Virus record (IMG/VR): IMGVR_UViG_3300046642_000603
Location: 1-64,000 of that record
Strand: one strand, 5' to 3'
DNA from: a virus
Taxonomy: Duplodnaviria; Caudoviricetes
DNA length: 64,000 bases
Part shown: piece by piece, positions 19,759-29,712 of the stretch
How positions within the stretch are numbered: position 1 is the first letter of the stretch
How the letters are laid out: each line of letters opens with the position of its first letter
Translations under genes and position numbers: made by a program
Notes under the pieces: model-generated
What the model was told of the DNA's origin: nothing
The model's database searches: none
Seen by the model: only the letters and a program-made list of their open reading frames with translations

Positions 19759-20226
19759 ATGGGCATCTTCAGCCGCAAGAACGACGACGACATACCCGAC
19801 ATCCTTAATACCGAGGAGGACGACCTCCAGGTCGACCTCTACACCCCGCAGATGCTCACCAAGCGGCTGGCCTGGGACATCGTCCCGTGCAGCGAGGTCG
19901 AGGCACTGCTCCCGCTCATGGGACTCAGCCCCGACAGTGCGGAAGTATCCGAAATGGAGCACGAGGCCAGCCACGACCGGATAGAACAACTCACGCCGCT
20001 GAAGGAAATGCTAGCGCTGCTCATCCCGCTAGTTTCCGGCATTACTGCCTCGGCTATGCTGGTTAACTCCGGAAATTCCGTGGACGAGGAAACCGCCGCA
20101 GTTCTCCAGCGGCATCATTCCGTCGTCGTCCGCGCCGGAGTGGTGGCGGTCCTCGCCAATCTCCTCGACATGGGAATCATCACGTATTCGGATGGAGTGC
20201 AGTTCGGTGACCAACTTCTGGGCTAA
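19759..20226 (+). CDS. Hypothetical protein
   Basis: ORF directly after polA. Confidence 0.6.
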   Translation: MGIFSRKNDDDIPDILNTEEDDLQVDLYTPQMLTKRLAWDIVPCSEVEALLPLMGLSPDSAEVSEMEHEASHDRIEQLTPLKEMLALLIPLVSGITASAMLVNSGNSVDEETAAVLQRHHSVVVRAGVVAVLANLLDMGIITYSDGVQFGDQLLG

Positions 20227-20656
20227 CAAACTGGGGGCGGCCCGACCGGCCGCCCCGGCCCCGGCCCCGGCGCCGGTCCAGCAGCAACAGCAGATCGGCG
20301 GCCCATGGTGGGCCTCTCCGCAACAGCAGCCCTACCCCCCGCAGCAGCCGGTCCAGCAGACAGTGCCAGAACCCCAGCAGAAGGCCCCGGCCCGAGCGAT
20401 GGTGGCCAAGCAGGACACCCACTGCCCGGACTGCCAGGGCACGAACTACTTCCGCCCGGTCGGCATGATGAACGCGATGGCGCAGTGCTACGAGTGCGGA
20501 TACAACCCGCGCTTCCAGCAGAGCACCGCTGGACTCCCGTCCGGCAGCGGAGGAGACGGCCCCGCCACCCCAGCCAAGCAGGTCGCCTCGGGCGGTCTGG
20601 GAGGCCGAAGCAACTACAACCCGGGCGCCATCATCAGGGCCGACGGCTCGGTCTAG
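20207..20656 (+). CDS. Zn-ribbon protein with Pro/Gln-rich N-terminus
   Basis: CPDC...CYECGY; GGAG then GTG. Confidence 0.6.
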   Translation: MTNFWANKLGAARPAAPAPAPAPVQQQQQIGGPWWASPQQQPYPPQQPVQQTVPEPQQKAPARAMVAKQDTHCPDCQGTNYFRPVGMMNAMAQCYECGYNPRFQQSTAGLPSGSGGDGPATPAKQVASGGLGGRSNYNPGAIIRADGSV

Positions 20657-20687
20657 CGCCCACTCCTCCCTGCCGCACCACTACTGA

Positions 20688-22649
20688 ATGGAATTACTGG
20701 TGACCTCCCTGCTCACCCCCTCCGGCGACCTCTCCGATCCCTACCGCTCCTTCATCGCGAAATCGCGATACAGCCGCTGGATCGACGACGAGAACCGGCG
20801 CGAGACCTGGTCCGAGACCGTCGCCCGCTACGTGACGTTCATGCTCGGCCAGTTGAAGGACAAGCACGACTACACCCCCGACCGTGCCGTGGTCGACGAG
20901 ATCCACGCGGCCATCCTCAACCACGAGGTCATGCCGTCCATGCGTGCGGTCATGACGGCCGGTCCCGCCCTGGACCGCTCGAACATCGCCGGGTTCAATT
21001 GCAGTTACTTGCCGCTGAAGGACGCCCGCGCTCTGGACGAGCTGCTGTACGTCCTGATGAACGGAACCGGCGTCGGCTACTCGGTCGAGCGGAAGTACAC
21101 CGACCAACTCCCGGCCGTCCCCGAGACCATCACCTTCAACGATGCCGTCTACATCCCCGTCGCCGACTCCAAGGAGGGCTGGGGCCTGGCCTTCCGTGCA
21201 CTGCTCACCTCCCTGTGGAACGGCGAGTACTGCCACTGGGACCTGTCCGAGGTCCGTCCGGCTGGCGCCCGTCTTAATACCTTCGGAGGGCGAGCCTCCG
21301 GTCCGGGTCCGCTGGAAGAACTGTTCGCCTTCACGGTCGAGAAGTTCAAGCAGGCCGCCGGTCGCAAGTTCCGGCCGATCGAGGTCCACGACATCGCCTG
21401 CAAGATCGCATCCGTCGTGGTCGTCGGTGGTGTACGGCGCTCCGCGATGATCTCCCTGTCCGACCTGGACGACCGCGAGATGGCCGAGGCGAAGAGCGGG
21501 GAGTGGTGGGTCGAGCACCCCTACCGCGCCCTGTCGAACAACTCGGCTGTCTACACCGACGGCATGCGCTACGAGGAGTTCAACCAGGAGTGGGACTTCC
21601 TCGTCGCGTCCGGCTCCGGTGAGCGCGGCATCTTCCACCGTGGCGCAGCGCAGCGGCAGGCAGCGAAGTTCGGCAAGCGGGAGGCCGACACGGACTACGG
21701 GACCAACCCCTGTAGCGAGATCATTCTGCGGCCGTTCTCCTTCTGCAACCTCTCCGAGGTCGTGGTCCGGGAGACCGACACCCCCCAGGACCTGACCCGC
21801 AAGGTGCGCCTGGCGGCCGTCCTCGGCACCTGGCAGTCCACGCTGACGGACTACCCGTACCTGCGCGAGGAGTGGAAGAAGAACGCGGAGGAGGAGCGGC
21901 TGCTGGGTGTCTCCCTCACGGGGGTCTACAGCAACCGCTGGACCAACGGCACGATCAACCTCAGCGCCACCGAGGTGCTGCTGGAGGGCCTGCGCGGGGA
22001 GGTCGTCGATGCCAACGCTGCGGAGGCCGACCGCATCGGTATCCCGCGCTCGGCTGCGACCACCTGCAACAAGCCCAGCGGCACCGTGTCCCAGTTGGTC
22101 GACTGTGAGTCCGGCCTGCACCAGAAGCACGCGAAGTTCTACAAGCGCCGGGTGCGGGTGGACAAGAAGGACCCGATCGCGTTCGTGCTCAGTGACGCGG
22201 GCCTGCCGAAGGAGGAGGACTCCTACAACTCCTCCGCGTGGGTGTTCACCTTCCCGCAGAAGGCTGGCGCCACGGCCCTCGTGCGGGACGACGTGAGTGC
22301 GATCGAGCACCTGGAACTGTGGCTGGCGTTCCAGCGGCACTGGTGCGAGCACAAGCCGTCCGTGACCATCAGCGTCCGCGAGCACGAGTGGGAGCAGGTC
22401 GGCGAGTGGGTGTGGGAGCACCTGGACGAGATCTCCGGCGTCTCCTTCCTGCCTTTCAGCGAGCACACGTACGTCCAGGCGCCGTACGAGGAGATCACGC
22501 AGGAGGAGTACGAGGCGCTGGCGGCCAAGGAGTACCGGGTCGAGTGGACGGACCTCGCGTTCTACGAGACCTACGACCAGACCACGGGGTCGCAGGAACT
22601 GGCCTGCGTCGCGGGTGCGTGTGAGGTCGTCGACCTCGTGACCACCTGA
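20688..22649 (+). CDS. nrdJ: Class II (B12-dependent) ribonucleotide reductase
   Basis: MPSMRA, FNCSY, GGRASGP, VVVGGVRRSA, TNPCSEI, KPSGTVSQL, C-terminal CVAGAC. Confidence 0.92.
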   Translation: MELLVTSLLTPSGDLSDPYRSFIAKSRYSRWIDDENRRETWSETVARYVTFMLGQLKDKHDYTPDRAVVDEIHAAILNHEVMPSMRAVMTAGPALDRSNIAGFNCSYLPLKDARALDELLYVLMNGTGVGYSVERKYTDQLPAVPETITFNDAVYIPVADSKEGWGLAFRALLTSLWNGEYCHWDLSEVRPAGARLNTFGGRASGPGPLEELFAFTVEKFKQAAGRKFRPIEVHDIACKIASVVVVGGVRRSAMISLSDLDDREMAEAKSGEWWVEHPYRALSNNSAVYTDGMRYEEFNQEWDFLVASGSGERGIFHRGAAQRQAAKFGKREADTDYGTNPCSEIILRPFSFCNLSEVVVRETDTPQDLTRKVRLAAVLGTWQSTLTDYPYLREEWKKNAEEERLLGVSLTGVYSNRWTNGTINLSATEVLLEGLRGEVVDANAAEADRIGIPRSAATTCNKPSGTVSQLVDCESGLHQKHAKFYKRRVRVDKKDPIAFVLSDAGLPKEEDSYNSSAWVFTFPQKAGATALVRDDVSAIEHLELWLAFQRHWCEHKPSVTISVREHEWEQVGEWVWEHLDEISGVSFLPFSEHTYVQAPYEEITQEEYEALAAKEYRVEWTDLAFYETYDQTTGSQELACVAGACEVVDLVTT

Positions 22650-22780
22650 AACTCGTTAAAAGATCTTGCTCTGACTAGTTGATACATGGCTGGACCGGTA
22701 GTTCCCGACCGATTACGGTATGGGGACTACCGGTTCTGCTTTACGGCTTCGGCATTACGGGATTGGAAGACACCACACAC

Positions 22781-23983
22781 ATGGCACTTAATACCAACGC
22801 GGGCGGCCCCGGCAAGGAAGCCCTCGCGCTCATCGCAAAGATCAACAAGGCCCACCCGGGCGCGGTCTGTTTCGCCTCCGAGATGCGGGTGGCCAAGCGC
22901 TTCACCTCCGGCTCCCTCTCCCTCGACATCGCCCTCGGCGGTGGCTGGCCCGGCAACCAGTGGGTCGAGGTGATCGGGCGGGAGAGCAACGGCAAGACCG
23001 CCCTCGTCCTCAAGACGGTCGCGGCCAACCAGAAGAAGGACCCCAACTTCACCGCCCTGTGGATCGCCGCAGAGCACTACGACGTCGACCAGGCCACCGC
23101 GCTGGGCGTCGACAACGAGCGCGTCCTGGTGGTCCCCACGCAGGCCATGGAGTTCGCCTACCAGACGATGTTGGATTTCGCCGAGTCCCGCTCCGTCGAC
23201 ATGATCGTCCTCGACTCCTACCCGGCGCTCATCGCCGACGAGGAGTCCGAGAAGGACATGGACGAGGCCGTCATGGCGCTCGGTGCCCGCCTCACCGGCA
23301 AGTTCTTCCGCAAGAGCGGGGCGGCCACCAAGCGGTCCATGACGGACGAAGACGACCGGCCGCTGCTCGGCATCGTGATCAACCAGTTCCGTGACGCCAT
23401 CGGCAAGTTCAGCCCCCACGGCACACCGACCACGACCCCGGGCGGCAACGCCAAGAACTACGCGTTCTACACCCGCGTCGAGGTCCGGCGCGACGAGTGG
23501 ATCCAGGAGTCCCGGCCGGGCAAGGGCAAGGTCAACGTCGGCCAGGTCATCAAGGTCAAGACGATCAAGAACAAGTCGGCCGCGCCGCAGCAGACCGCGA
23601 CGATCGACTTCTACTTCCGCTCCGCCCCGTACCTGAACTTCGCTCGCGGTGACTACGACATCGTGAAGGAGATCATGATCATGGGGATCCTCTTCGACGT
23701 CATCCAGCGCAAGGGCGCCTACTTCCAGATCGACACCGGGGAGTACGACGACAAGGGCAAGCCGGTCCTGCGCTGGCAGGGCAAGGACCCCATGCTCGAC
23801 CACATCCGCCAGGACCTGGACCTCCAGGAAACCCTCTACGAGAAGATCCTCATCGCCTCCAAGAAGGTCGACGAGCGGTCCATCTCCGAAGAGGACCTGG
23901 ACGCCGCCGAGACGGCCGGAACCAAGAAGGTCACCCGACGGCCCAAGGCCGAGGACGAGGCGCTTAATACCGAGGCCGCCTGA
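22781..23983 (+). CDS. recA: RecA-like recombinase
   Basis: SGSLSLDIALGGG, GRESNGKT, VLDS, INQFR, TTPGG, KTIKNK. Confidence 0.92.
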   Translation: MALNTNAGGPGKEALALIAKINKAHPGAVCFASEMRVAKRFTSGSLSLDIALGGGWPGNQWVEVIGRESNGKTALVLKTVAANQKKDPNFTALWIAAEHYDVDQATALGVDNERVLVVPTQAMEFAYQTMLDFAESRSVDMIVLDSYPALIADEESEKDMDEAVMALGARLTGKFFRKSGAATKRSMTDEDDRPLLGIVINQFRDAIGKFSPHGTPTTTPGGNAKNYAFYTRVEVRRDEWIQESRPGKGKVNVGQVIKVKTIKNKSAAPQQTATIDFYFRSAPYLNFARGDYDIVKEIMIMGILFDVIQRKGAYFQIDTGEYDDKGKPVLRWQGKDPMLDHIRQDLDLQETLYEKILIASKKVDERSISEEDLDAAETAGTKKVTRRPKAEDEALNTEAA

Positions 23984-24186
23984 TGGTGGCCCTGCTCTCC
24001 CTCCTCCTGGCCTTCGCGGCCCTCTACGTGGTGATCCTCGGCGTCCGGTACTCCCGGCGCCAGGGCCGCGCCCACAAGAAGTTCCTCATCCTCACCGACC
24101 TCCTGGAGAAGTCCTATGGCGGACATGCTGAAGAAATCCCAGAAGCAGGAGAGGCGGGGAGCAGCACTCCTCGGCGGGACGGTTAA
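23983..24186 (+). CDS. Small membrane protein
   Basis: N-terminal TM helix; coupled start. Confidence 0.4.
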   Translation: MVALLSLLLAFAALYVVILGVRYSRRQGRAHKKFLILTDLLEKSYGGHAEEIPEAGEAGSSTPRRDG

Positions 24187-24460
24187 CGCGGGCAGCGGAA
24201 ACGGCTGGGTCCGGAAGAACGACGTACGGACCCCGGAGTACTCCGTCGAATACAAGGTCACCGGCAAGAAGCAATACCCCCTGAAAGACGCAGAACTCCA
24301 GACCGCAGAGAAACAGGCCCTCCTCGACGGCAGGGAAATGCTCTTCGGGATCCAGATGGACAGCGGAAGGACCTGGATCGTGATGAGCGAGGAAACATTC
24401 CTCACGCTTAATACCAAGGCGTTTCCGGACGCCGACCCCGACGAGGTGCTGTCGTGGTAA
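24116..24460 (+). CDS. Holliday junction resolvase-like PD-(D/E)xK nuclease
   Basis: SQKQERR...GSGNG...KNDV...VEYK. Confidence 0.7.
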   Translation: MADMLKKSQKQERRGAALLGGTVNAGSGNGWVRKNDVRTPEYSVEYKVTGKKQYPLKDAELQTAEKQALLDGREMLFGIQMDSGRTWIVMSEETFLTLNTKAFPDADPDEVLSW

Positions 24461-24879
24461 TGCACCTGCGCCTCAACGCCCCCGAATGGGACGGCGGAGG
24501 GAACCCGGACAAGGAAGCCGCCTGCCGGAAGTTCCGGCCGACCAGGGACCACGACGACTTCTTCGGAGACGGCACCGGGGAGGAGACCGAGGCCAAGCAC
24601 GTCTGCAACGGCACCTATACCGACCGGGTGTGTCCGCTGCGAGAACAGTGTCTCCAATTCGCTCTGGTCAACAACGAGCACTACGGCGTCTGGGGCGGGC
24701 TCACCGTCCTGGAGCGGGCCTACATCAGGAGGTTCGTCCCCAAGCAAGACTGGAGTTTCGACAATGCCCCGACCCGCGAAGACCTCGTCCGCGTCTGGCC
24801 GGACCGGGTCGCGCCGGAAGACCTCGACGACGAAGGCGACGGGGAAGATGGCAGCGCTGGCGGAGTCGAAGAAGAGTAG
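24454..24879 (+). CDS. whiB: WhiB-family transcription factor
   Basis: C...FF...AKHVC...CPLREQCL...YGVWGGLT...ER. Confidence 0.85.
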   Translation: MVMHLRLNAPEWDGGGNPDKEAACRKFRPTRDHDDFFGDGTGEETEAKHVCNGTYTDRVCPLREQCLQFALVNNEHYGVWGGLTVLERAYIRRFVPKQDWSFDNAPTREDLVRVWPDRVAPEDLDDEGDGEDGSAGGVEEE

Positions 24880-26029
24880 GTCCGTCCTCCTCGGGGACAT
24901 CCACAAGCACCTGCTCGACCAGCACGGCAAGCCGACCGACCGTCGGCAGGACATCATCCACCCCAGCGAGATGGCAAAGAGCGACTGGTGCCCCCGTCAG
25001 ACCTACTACAGGCTGGCGGGGGTTTCCCCCGAGAAGGGCCGCTCGTTCTCCGCGCAACTGGAGGCCGTCTTCGAGGAGGGCCACGGCATCCACGCGAAGT
25101 GGCAGAAGTGGCTCCAGCAGATGGACCGCCTGTGGGGCAAGTGGAAGTGCCCGGTGTGCGATTACTGGGAGATGGGCACAGGCGGACGCAAGACCTGCCC
25201 GTCCTGCCGCGACCGCACCAGTATGGCGACCCTCCCGGTCTACCTGGACTACGCCGAGGTCCCCGTCCAGGCCGAATCGGATTTCCTGATCGCCGGGCAC
25301 GAGGACGGCGCCATCGAGGACCTGAAAGCCCTGATCGAGATCAAGTCCGTCGGCATCGGAACCGTCCGCTTCGACCAGCCCGAACTGCTGCGCGAGTACA
25401 CGGTGAAGACCGAGGACGGCAAGACCGTAATCGACCTGGACGGCCTGTGGAAGGCGCTGCGGCGTCCCTTCGGCAGCCATATCCGCCAGACCCAGATTTA
25501 TCTGCGGCTCTGCCAGGAGATGGGATTGCCTTTCGACAAGGTCATATTCCTCTACGAGTACAAGGCGACGCAGGCCCACAAGGAATTCGTCGTCCAGTAC
25601 AACCCGGAGATCGCCGAGCCGCTTTTCGAGTCCGCGCTCGACATCAAATACGCCCTGAAGAAGGGCAAGCCACCGCCCCGGCCGGATTTCTGCGGCCAGG
25701 ACAAAAAGGTCTGCAAGACCGAATGCCCATTCTTCACGCACTGCTGGGAGAACACCACAGATGACCAGAGCGGTAGCACGCAGGGGCTGGGAAGCAGTCC
25801 TGAGCCCGAGCCAGAGGGCGACGAAGCGTCTGGAGCGGGAGGACCTGTTCCTGCCTCCGAAGCCGGAGGGCGACGCGCCAGAACTTCCAGCGGATCCCAC
25901 CGAACTCGGCGACGGCGAACTGATGGCGCTGTTCGCCAGGACGACAGCGTGGGTGGAGTACACGGGCAGCCGACTGGCAGCGGCGGAGGTGGACGAAAAG
26001 TCGTGCGTCGACACACTCGAACAACATAA
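24764..26029 (+). CDS. Cas4/RecB-like exonuclease
   Basis: IHPSE...CPR, G..IH, GHEDG, IEIKS, QIY, C..CPF..C; start may be 24848. Confidence 0.8.
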   Translation: MPRPAKTSSASGRTGSRRKTSTTKATGKMAALAESKKSRSVLLGDIHKHLLDQHGKPTDRRQDIIHPSEMAKSDWCPRQTYYRLAGVSPEKGRSFSAQLEAVFEEGHGIHAKWQKWLQQMDRLWGKWKCPVCDYWEMGTGGRKTCPSCRDRTSMATLPVYLDYAEVPVQAESDFLIAGHEDGAIEDLKALIEIKSVGIGTVRFDQPELLREYTVKTEDGKTVIDLDGLWKALRRPFGSHIRQTQIYLRLCQEMGLPFDKVIFLYEYKATQAHKEFVVQYNPEIAEPLFESALDIKYALKKGKPPPRPDFCGQDKKVCKTECPFFTHCWENTTDDQSGSTQGLGSSPEPEPEGDEASGAGGPVPASEAGGRRARTSSGSHRTRRRRTDGAVRQDDSVGGVHGQPTGSGGGGRKVVRRHTRTT

Positions 26030-26270
26030 GGCCCTATCCGCCGTCCGCAATGCGGGCCAGAAGACAGTGACGCAGGCCAAGGCGAAGGCGTACGAGGACC
26101 CGGAGTACATCGAGGCCCAGGAGGCCAAGACGGCCGCCTACGCCTACCGCAAGATGGTCCAGGCCCTGCACTCCTCCGCCGAACTGCGCAACACCCTGCT
26201 GAGCCGCGAACTGACCCGCCGGGTCGGCCGTGGTGACCGCGAGGCCCGCGCCGGACGGATGCAGGCGTGA
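25761..26270 (+). CDS. Coiled-coil hypothetical protein
   Basis: Helical ORF ending LSRELTRR; overlaps the Cas4-like gene tail. Confidence 0.6.
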   Translation: MTRAVARRGWEAVLSPSQRATKRLEREDLFLPPKPEGDAPELPADPTELGDGELMALFARTTAWVEYTGSRLAAAEVDEKSCVDTLEQHKALSAVRNAGQKTVTQAKAKAYEDPEYIEAQEAKTAAYAYRKMVQALHSSAELRNTLLSRELTRRVGRGDREARAGRMQA

Positions 26271-26692
26271 GGACCGTACGCCGCAAGGTGACACGCATGG
26301 AGCAGCCCCGGCCGCCGTGGGAGTGGCGACCCTCCTTCCGGGCCGGGGCGCCCCGCACGTGCCTGTCCAACCACCGTGACCCGGTCTTCCTGCGGCAGGG
26401 GGAGCACGTCTTCAGGGTGGGGCAGTTCGACTGGCTGCTGCGGCTGTACCAGCACGTGGGGGTCTCGGAGCAGTCCGTCCGGTGGGAGGGCTATGTCCTC
26501 TACGACCTGGATTACGAGATTCCCCTAATCAGGTTGTCAACGGATTGGCTTGAGTACGTTGACAACCGTCGGGAGATGGTGTTTCGTATCTCCAAGAAGG
26601 AAGCACTCGCCGCCGGGGGAGAGGTTGAGACCCCCGACGGACCCCGCTTCGCAGTACCACTCAGCGCTTACTCGTCCTACGAAGGGGACTGA
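26267..26692 (+). CDS. Hypothetical protein
   Basis: GTGA-coupled ORF. Confidence 0.55.
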   Translation: MRTVRRKVTRMEQPRPPWEWRPSFRAGAPRTCLSNHRDPVFLRQGEHVFRVGQFDWLLRLYQHVGVSEQSVRWEGYVLYDLDYEIPLIRLSTDWLEYVDNRREMVFRISKKEALAAGGEVETPDGPRFAVPLSAYSSYEGD

Positions 26693-26699
26693 CCACCAC

Positions 26700-27362
26700 A
26701 TGACCGTCATCGCGTACCCGAAGTTCCGCCCGATCCCGCGCCTGCACCGCCGCATCGTGATCACCGAGAAGATCCACGGCTCGAACGGCTTGATCGAGGT
26801 CACCAAGGTCGACGACTTCAACGACCCCGAGGGAGTCGGCGTCGTCGTCATCCACAACGGCGAGCACTACGTCCTCCGGGCGGGCAGCCGCAACCGATGG
26901 CTCACCCCCGACGACGACAATTTCGGCTTCGCCCGCTTCGTCTGGGACAACGCCCAGTCCCTGGTCAACCTCGGCGAGGGCAAGCACTACGGCGAGTGGT
27001 TCGGCAAGGGCATCAACGCCGGATACGGCCTCGACGAGAAGCGCTTCGCCCTCTTCAACGTCGCCAAGTGGTACGACCCGCGCGACCCCGAGATCACCGA
27101 GAAGTTCCTCCAGACCTTCCCCAAGGCGCAGCCCGCGCCGGAAGCGGTCACCGTCGTCCCGGTCATCTCCGTCATCGACGGCAAGCACCTGAACTACGCG
27201 GTCGAAGAGGCGCTTAATACCCTGGAGTCCGAGGGCTCCTTCATCTCCCCCGGCTTCCGGGACCCCGAGGGCGTCGTCGTCTTCCACGACGCGGCCGGGA
27301 CCTACTTCAAGGCCACCCTCAAGAACGACGAGCAGCCCAAGTCCAAGGTGGCTGCCAAGTGA
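26700..27362 (+). CDS. RNA ligase (Rnl2-like adenylation domain)
   Basis: YPKFRPIPRL, TEKIHGSN motif I, GEWFG, FALFN, EGVVV. Confidence 0.75.
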   Translation: MTVIAYPKFRPIPRLHRRIVITEKIHGSNGLIEVTKVDDFNDPEGVGVVVIHNGEHYVLRAGSRNRWLTPDDDNFGFARFVWDNAQSLVNLGEGKHYGEWFGKGINAGYGLDEKRFALFNVAKWYDPRDPEITEKFLQTFPKAQPAPEAVTVVPVISVIDGKHLNYAVEEALNTLESEGSFISPGFRDPEGVVVFHDAAGTYFKATLKNDEQPKSKVAAK

Positions 27363-28066
27363 GCGTCACCTACCGATCCACCGTCTCCGCCGTCCTCGAC
27401 ACCGACAACATCGCCGGGTCCGACGCGAAGATCTGCCAGGCCGCCCGAGTCTCCACCGTCGGCTCCGCAGCAGCGGGGACCGAGGAGGCCGCCGGACTCA
27501 TCCGGTACCTGATGAAGGGCCGCCACGGCAGCCCCTTCGAGCACGGCCAGATGTCCTTCATGATCGAGGCCCCGATCTTCGTCGCCCGGGAGTTCATGAG
27601 GCACAGGGCTGGCTGGAGTTACAACGAATCCAGCGGAAGATACCGTGAGTTGGAGCCCGTCTTCTACATGCCCGACCCCGACCGGCCGCTCGTGCAGCAG
27701 GGCAAGGCGGGGGAGTACACCTTCGTCCAGGGCACCCAGGACCAGTACGCCAACACCCGCTGGCAGCACACCCTGGCCTACAGCGCCGCATGGTCCGCCT
27801 ACCGCCTGATGCTCGCCGACGGCGTGGCCAAGGAAGTCGCCCGCAGCGTCCTGCCGGTCGGCACCTTCACCTCCTTCTACGCCACCTGCAACCCGCGCAG
27901 CCTCATGCACTTCCTGAGCCTGCGAACCAAGGCCGAACACTCCACGTTCCCCTCCTTCCCCCAGCAGGAGATCGAGCAGGTCGCCGTGGACATGGAGATC
28001 GCGTTCGGCGAGCACTTCCCGCTCACCTACCAGGCATTCGCCGACAACGGAAGGGTCGCACCATGA
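27359..28066 (+). CDS. thyX: Flavin-dependent thymidylate synthase
   Basis: HGSPFEH, REFMRHR...SYNESSGRY, EVARSVLP, NPRSLMHFLSLR. Confidence 0.95.
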   Translation: MSVTYRSTVSAVLDTDNIAGSDAKICQAARVSTVGSAAAGTEEAAGLIRYLMKGRHGSPFEHGQMSFMIEAPIFVAREFMRHRAGWSYNESSGRYRELEPVFYMPDPDRPLVQQGKAGEYTFVQGTQDQYANTRWQHTLAYSAAWSAYRLMLADGVAKEVARSVLPVGTFTSFYATCNPRSLMHFLSLRTKAEHSTFPSFPQQEIEQVAVDMEIAFGEHFPLTYQAFADNGRVAP

Positions 28067-28224
28067 GCAGACGAAACGACGACCGCCCCACGACCATCGT
28101 GGCCCTCACCCTCCTGGCCCTCCTGATCAGCCTGTCCATCTGGTCCTGGACGTCCGCCCCGTGCGGCATGTGGAAGTTCGCCACCGCTGGAGACACGCCC
28201 GCCCGGTGCCTGATGCACCGATGA
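28063..28224 (+). CDS. Small membrane protein
   Basis: ATGA-coupled; one TM helix. Confidence 0.5.
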   Translation: MSRRNDDRPTTIVALTLLALLISLSIWSWTSAPCGMWKFATAGDTPARCLMHR

Positions 28225-28586
28225 ACACCATCCTCCTCATCGCCGTCATCGTCGGCTGGGTCGGACTCCTCATGTTCATGGCCTGGGCCCTGATCAACCT
28301 CCGCACCCAACTCGACCGCAAGATCGACGAACTCGCCATGGAGCGCAACCGGCTCCGCAAGACCGAGAAGCAGGCCCTGCGGCTCGTCGAGACGGTCACC
28401 CCGCTGCTCGCGCAGACCGACTGGATGACCGGCCGCTGGAACGGCCAGTTCAACACCCTCCAGCGCCTGGAGGCCAAGCGCAACGAGTCGGTCGTCCAGG
28501 CCCGCCGGGCCCTGTGGGATATCCCCCTCGTCGCCGACCACATCAAGAAGAGCCTCACCACCAAGACCCCCGGAGCAGACCAGTGA
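28221..28586 (+). CDS. Membrane-anchored coiled-coil protein
   Basis: N-terminal TM segment; coupled start. Confidence 0.55.
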   Translation: MNTILLIAVIVGWVGLLMFMAWALINLRTQLDRKIDELAMERNRLRKTEKQALRLVETVTPLLAQTDWMTGRWNGQFNTLQRLEAKRNESVVQARRALWDIPLVADHIKKSLTTKTPGADQ

Positions 28587-29185
28587 ACGCCGCCACCGCA
28601 CCCGTCGACCACGACACCGAGATCATCGAGTCCTGGCTCCCGCAGTACATCGGCCTCCACGGCTTCGCCGGGGCCGGTAAGGACACCGTCGCCGAGATCC
28701 TGGCCCAGTACGGCTACACCCGCGTCGCCTTCGCCGACGTCCTGCGCGAGGCCCTGTACGTCCTCAACCCGGTCATCCTCTTCCACCCCTACGGCGAGGA
28801 CCAGCGAGTCCAGGACCTGGTGGACCGACACGGCTGGGACGAGGCCAAGCGCCAGTACGAGGAGATCCGCCGGATGCTCCAGGTCCTCGGCACCGAGGTC
28901 GGCCGGGAAATGATCGACCAGAACGTGTGGGTCGACTCGGTGTTCAAGAAGTTGGAGGAGGGCAAGAAGTACGTCTTCACCGACGTCCGCTTCGTCAACG
29001 AGCACCACGCCATCGACTCCCGCCTCGGCACGCTCATCAAGATCGACCGGCCCGGATACGGTCCCGTCAACGACCACAAGTCCGACAAGGGACTGCCGCC
29101 CGAGTGGTTCGACGCCGCGATCGTCAACGACGGGACGATCGAGGACCTTAATACCAAGGTCCGCGAGATCCTTCGCCTCGCGTGA
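28583..29185 (+). CDS. Deoxynucleoside monophosphate kinase
   Basis: IGLHGFAGAGKDT, AFADVLRE, LQVLGTE, TDVRF.NE. Confidence 0.85.
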   Translation: MNAATAPVDHDTEIIESWLPQYIGLHGFAGAGKDTVAEILAQYGYTRVAFADVLREALYVLNPVILFHPYGEDQRVQDLVDRHGWDEAKRQYEEIRRMLQVLGTEVGREMIDQNVWVDSVFKKLEEGKKYVFTDVRFVNEHHAIDSRLGTLIKIDRPGYGPVNDHKSDKGLPPEWFDAAIVNDGTIEDLNTKVREILRLA

Positions 29186-29589
29186 CCGCCCCGAAGATCT
29201 GCAAGGACTGTGAGCCCGGGAGCAAACGCCCAGCGCCCAATCCCGGGCCACGGTGCGCCACGCACTGGCGCGAGGAGAAGAAGCGGCGCAGCCGGGCCGC
29301 CCACGAGAAGCGCGTCCAGGCCACGTACGGACTCGGCGAAGGTGACTACGCCACCCTGTACGAGGCCCAGGGCGGGAAGTGCGCCATCTGCACCCGGGCC
29401 ACCGGGGCGACCCGGCGCCTGTCGGTCGATCATGATCACAAGACGCTGCTCGTGAGGGGCTTGCTCTGCCGCCCGTGCAACGACCTCCTCGGGCATGCGA
29501 GGGACGATCCGGAGTTCTTCTCCCGGGCCAAGGTCTACCTCGAAAAGCCACCAGCGCAGGAACTCGGCCGCTGGTACGCAACTGAATAG
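29182..29589 (+). CDS. Endonuclease VII-family nuclease
   Basis: YGL...QGGKCAIC...LSVDHDH...VRGLLCRPCN..LG. Confidence 0.85.
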   Translation: MTAPKICKDCEPGSKRPAPNPGPRCATHWREEKKRRSRAAHEKRVQATYGLGEGDYATLYEAQGGKCAICTRATGATRRLSVDHDHKTLLVRGLLCRPCNDLLGHARDDPEFFSRAKVYLEKPPAQELGRWYATE

Positions 29590-29604
29590 CAACTCCGCAC
29601 GCAG

Positions 29605-29640
29605 CAGGCCCCAGGTGTAGACGACGCCCTGGGGCCTGTT
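29605..29640 (+). terminator. Hairpin/terminator
   Basis: CAGGCCCCAGG...CCTGGGGCCTG-TT. Confidence 0.55.
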
Positions 29641-29712
29641 GTCATTAACACAAGATTCCTGCGTCTCCGTATTCTCGAATTGTGATCAGAATCGGACACA
29701 CAGGAGTCACCA

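Noticed and set aside
17779-23983. Inteins or introns in polA, nrdJ or recA
   Set aside because: Lengths and motif spacing look uninterrupted; no intein boundary motifs seen
24764-26029. Cas4 as evidence of a CRISPR system
   Set aside because: No array or other cas genes; solo Cas4-like nucleases are common in phage recombination modules
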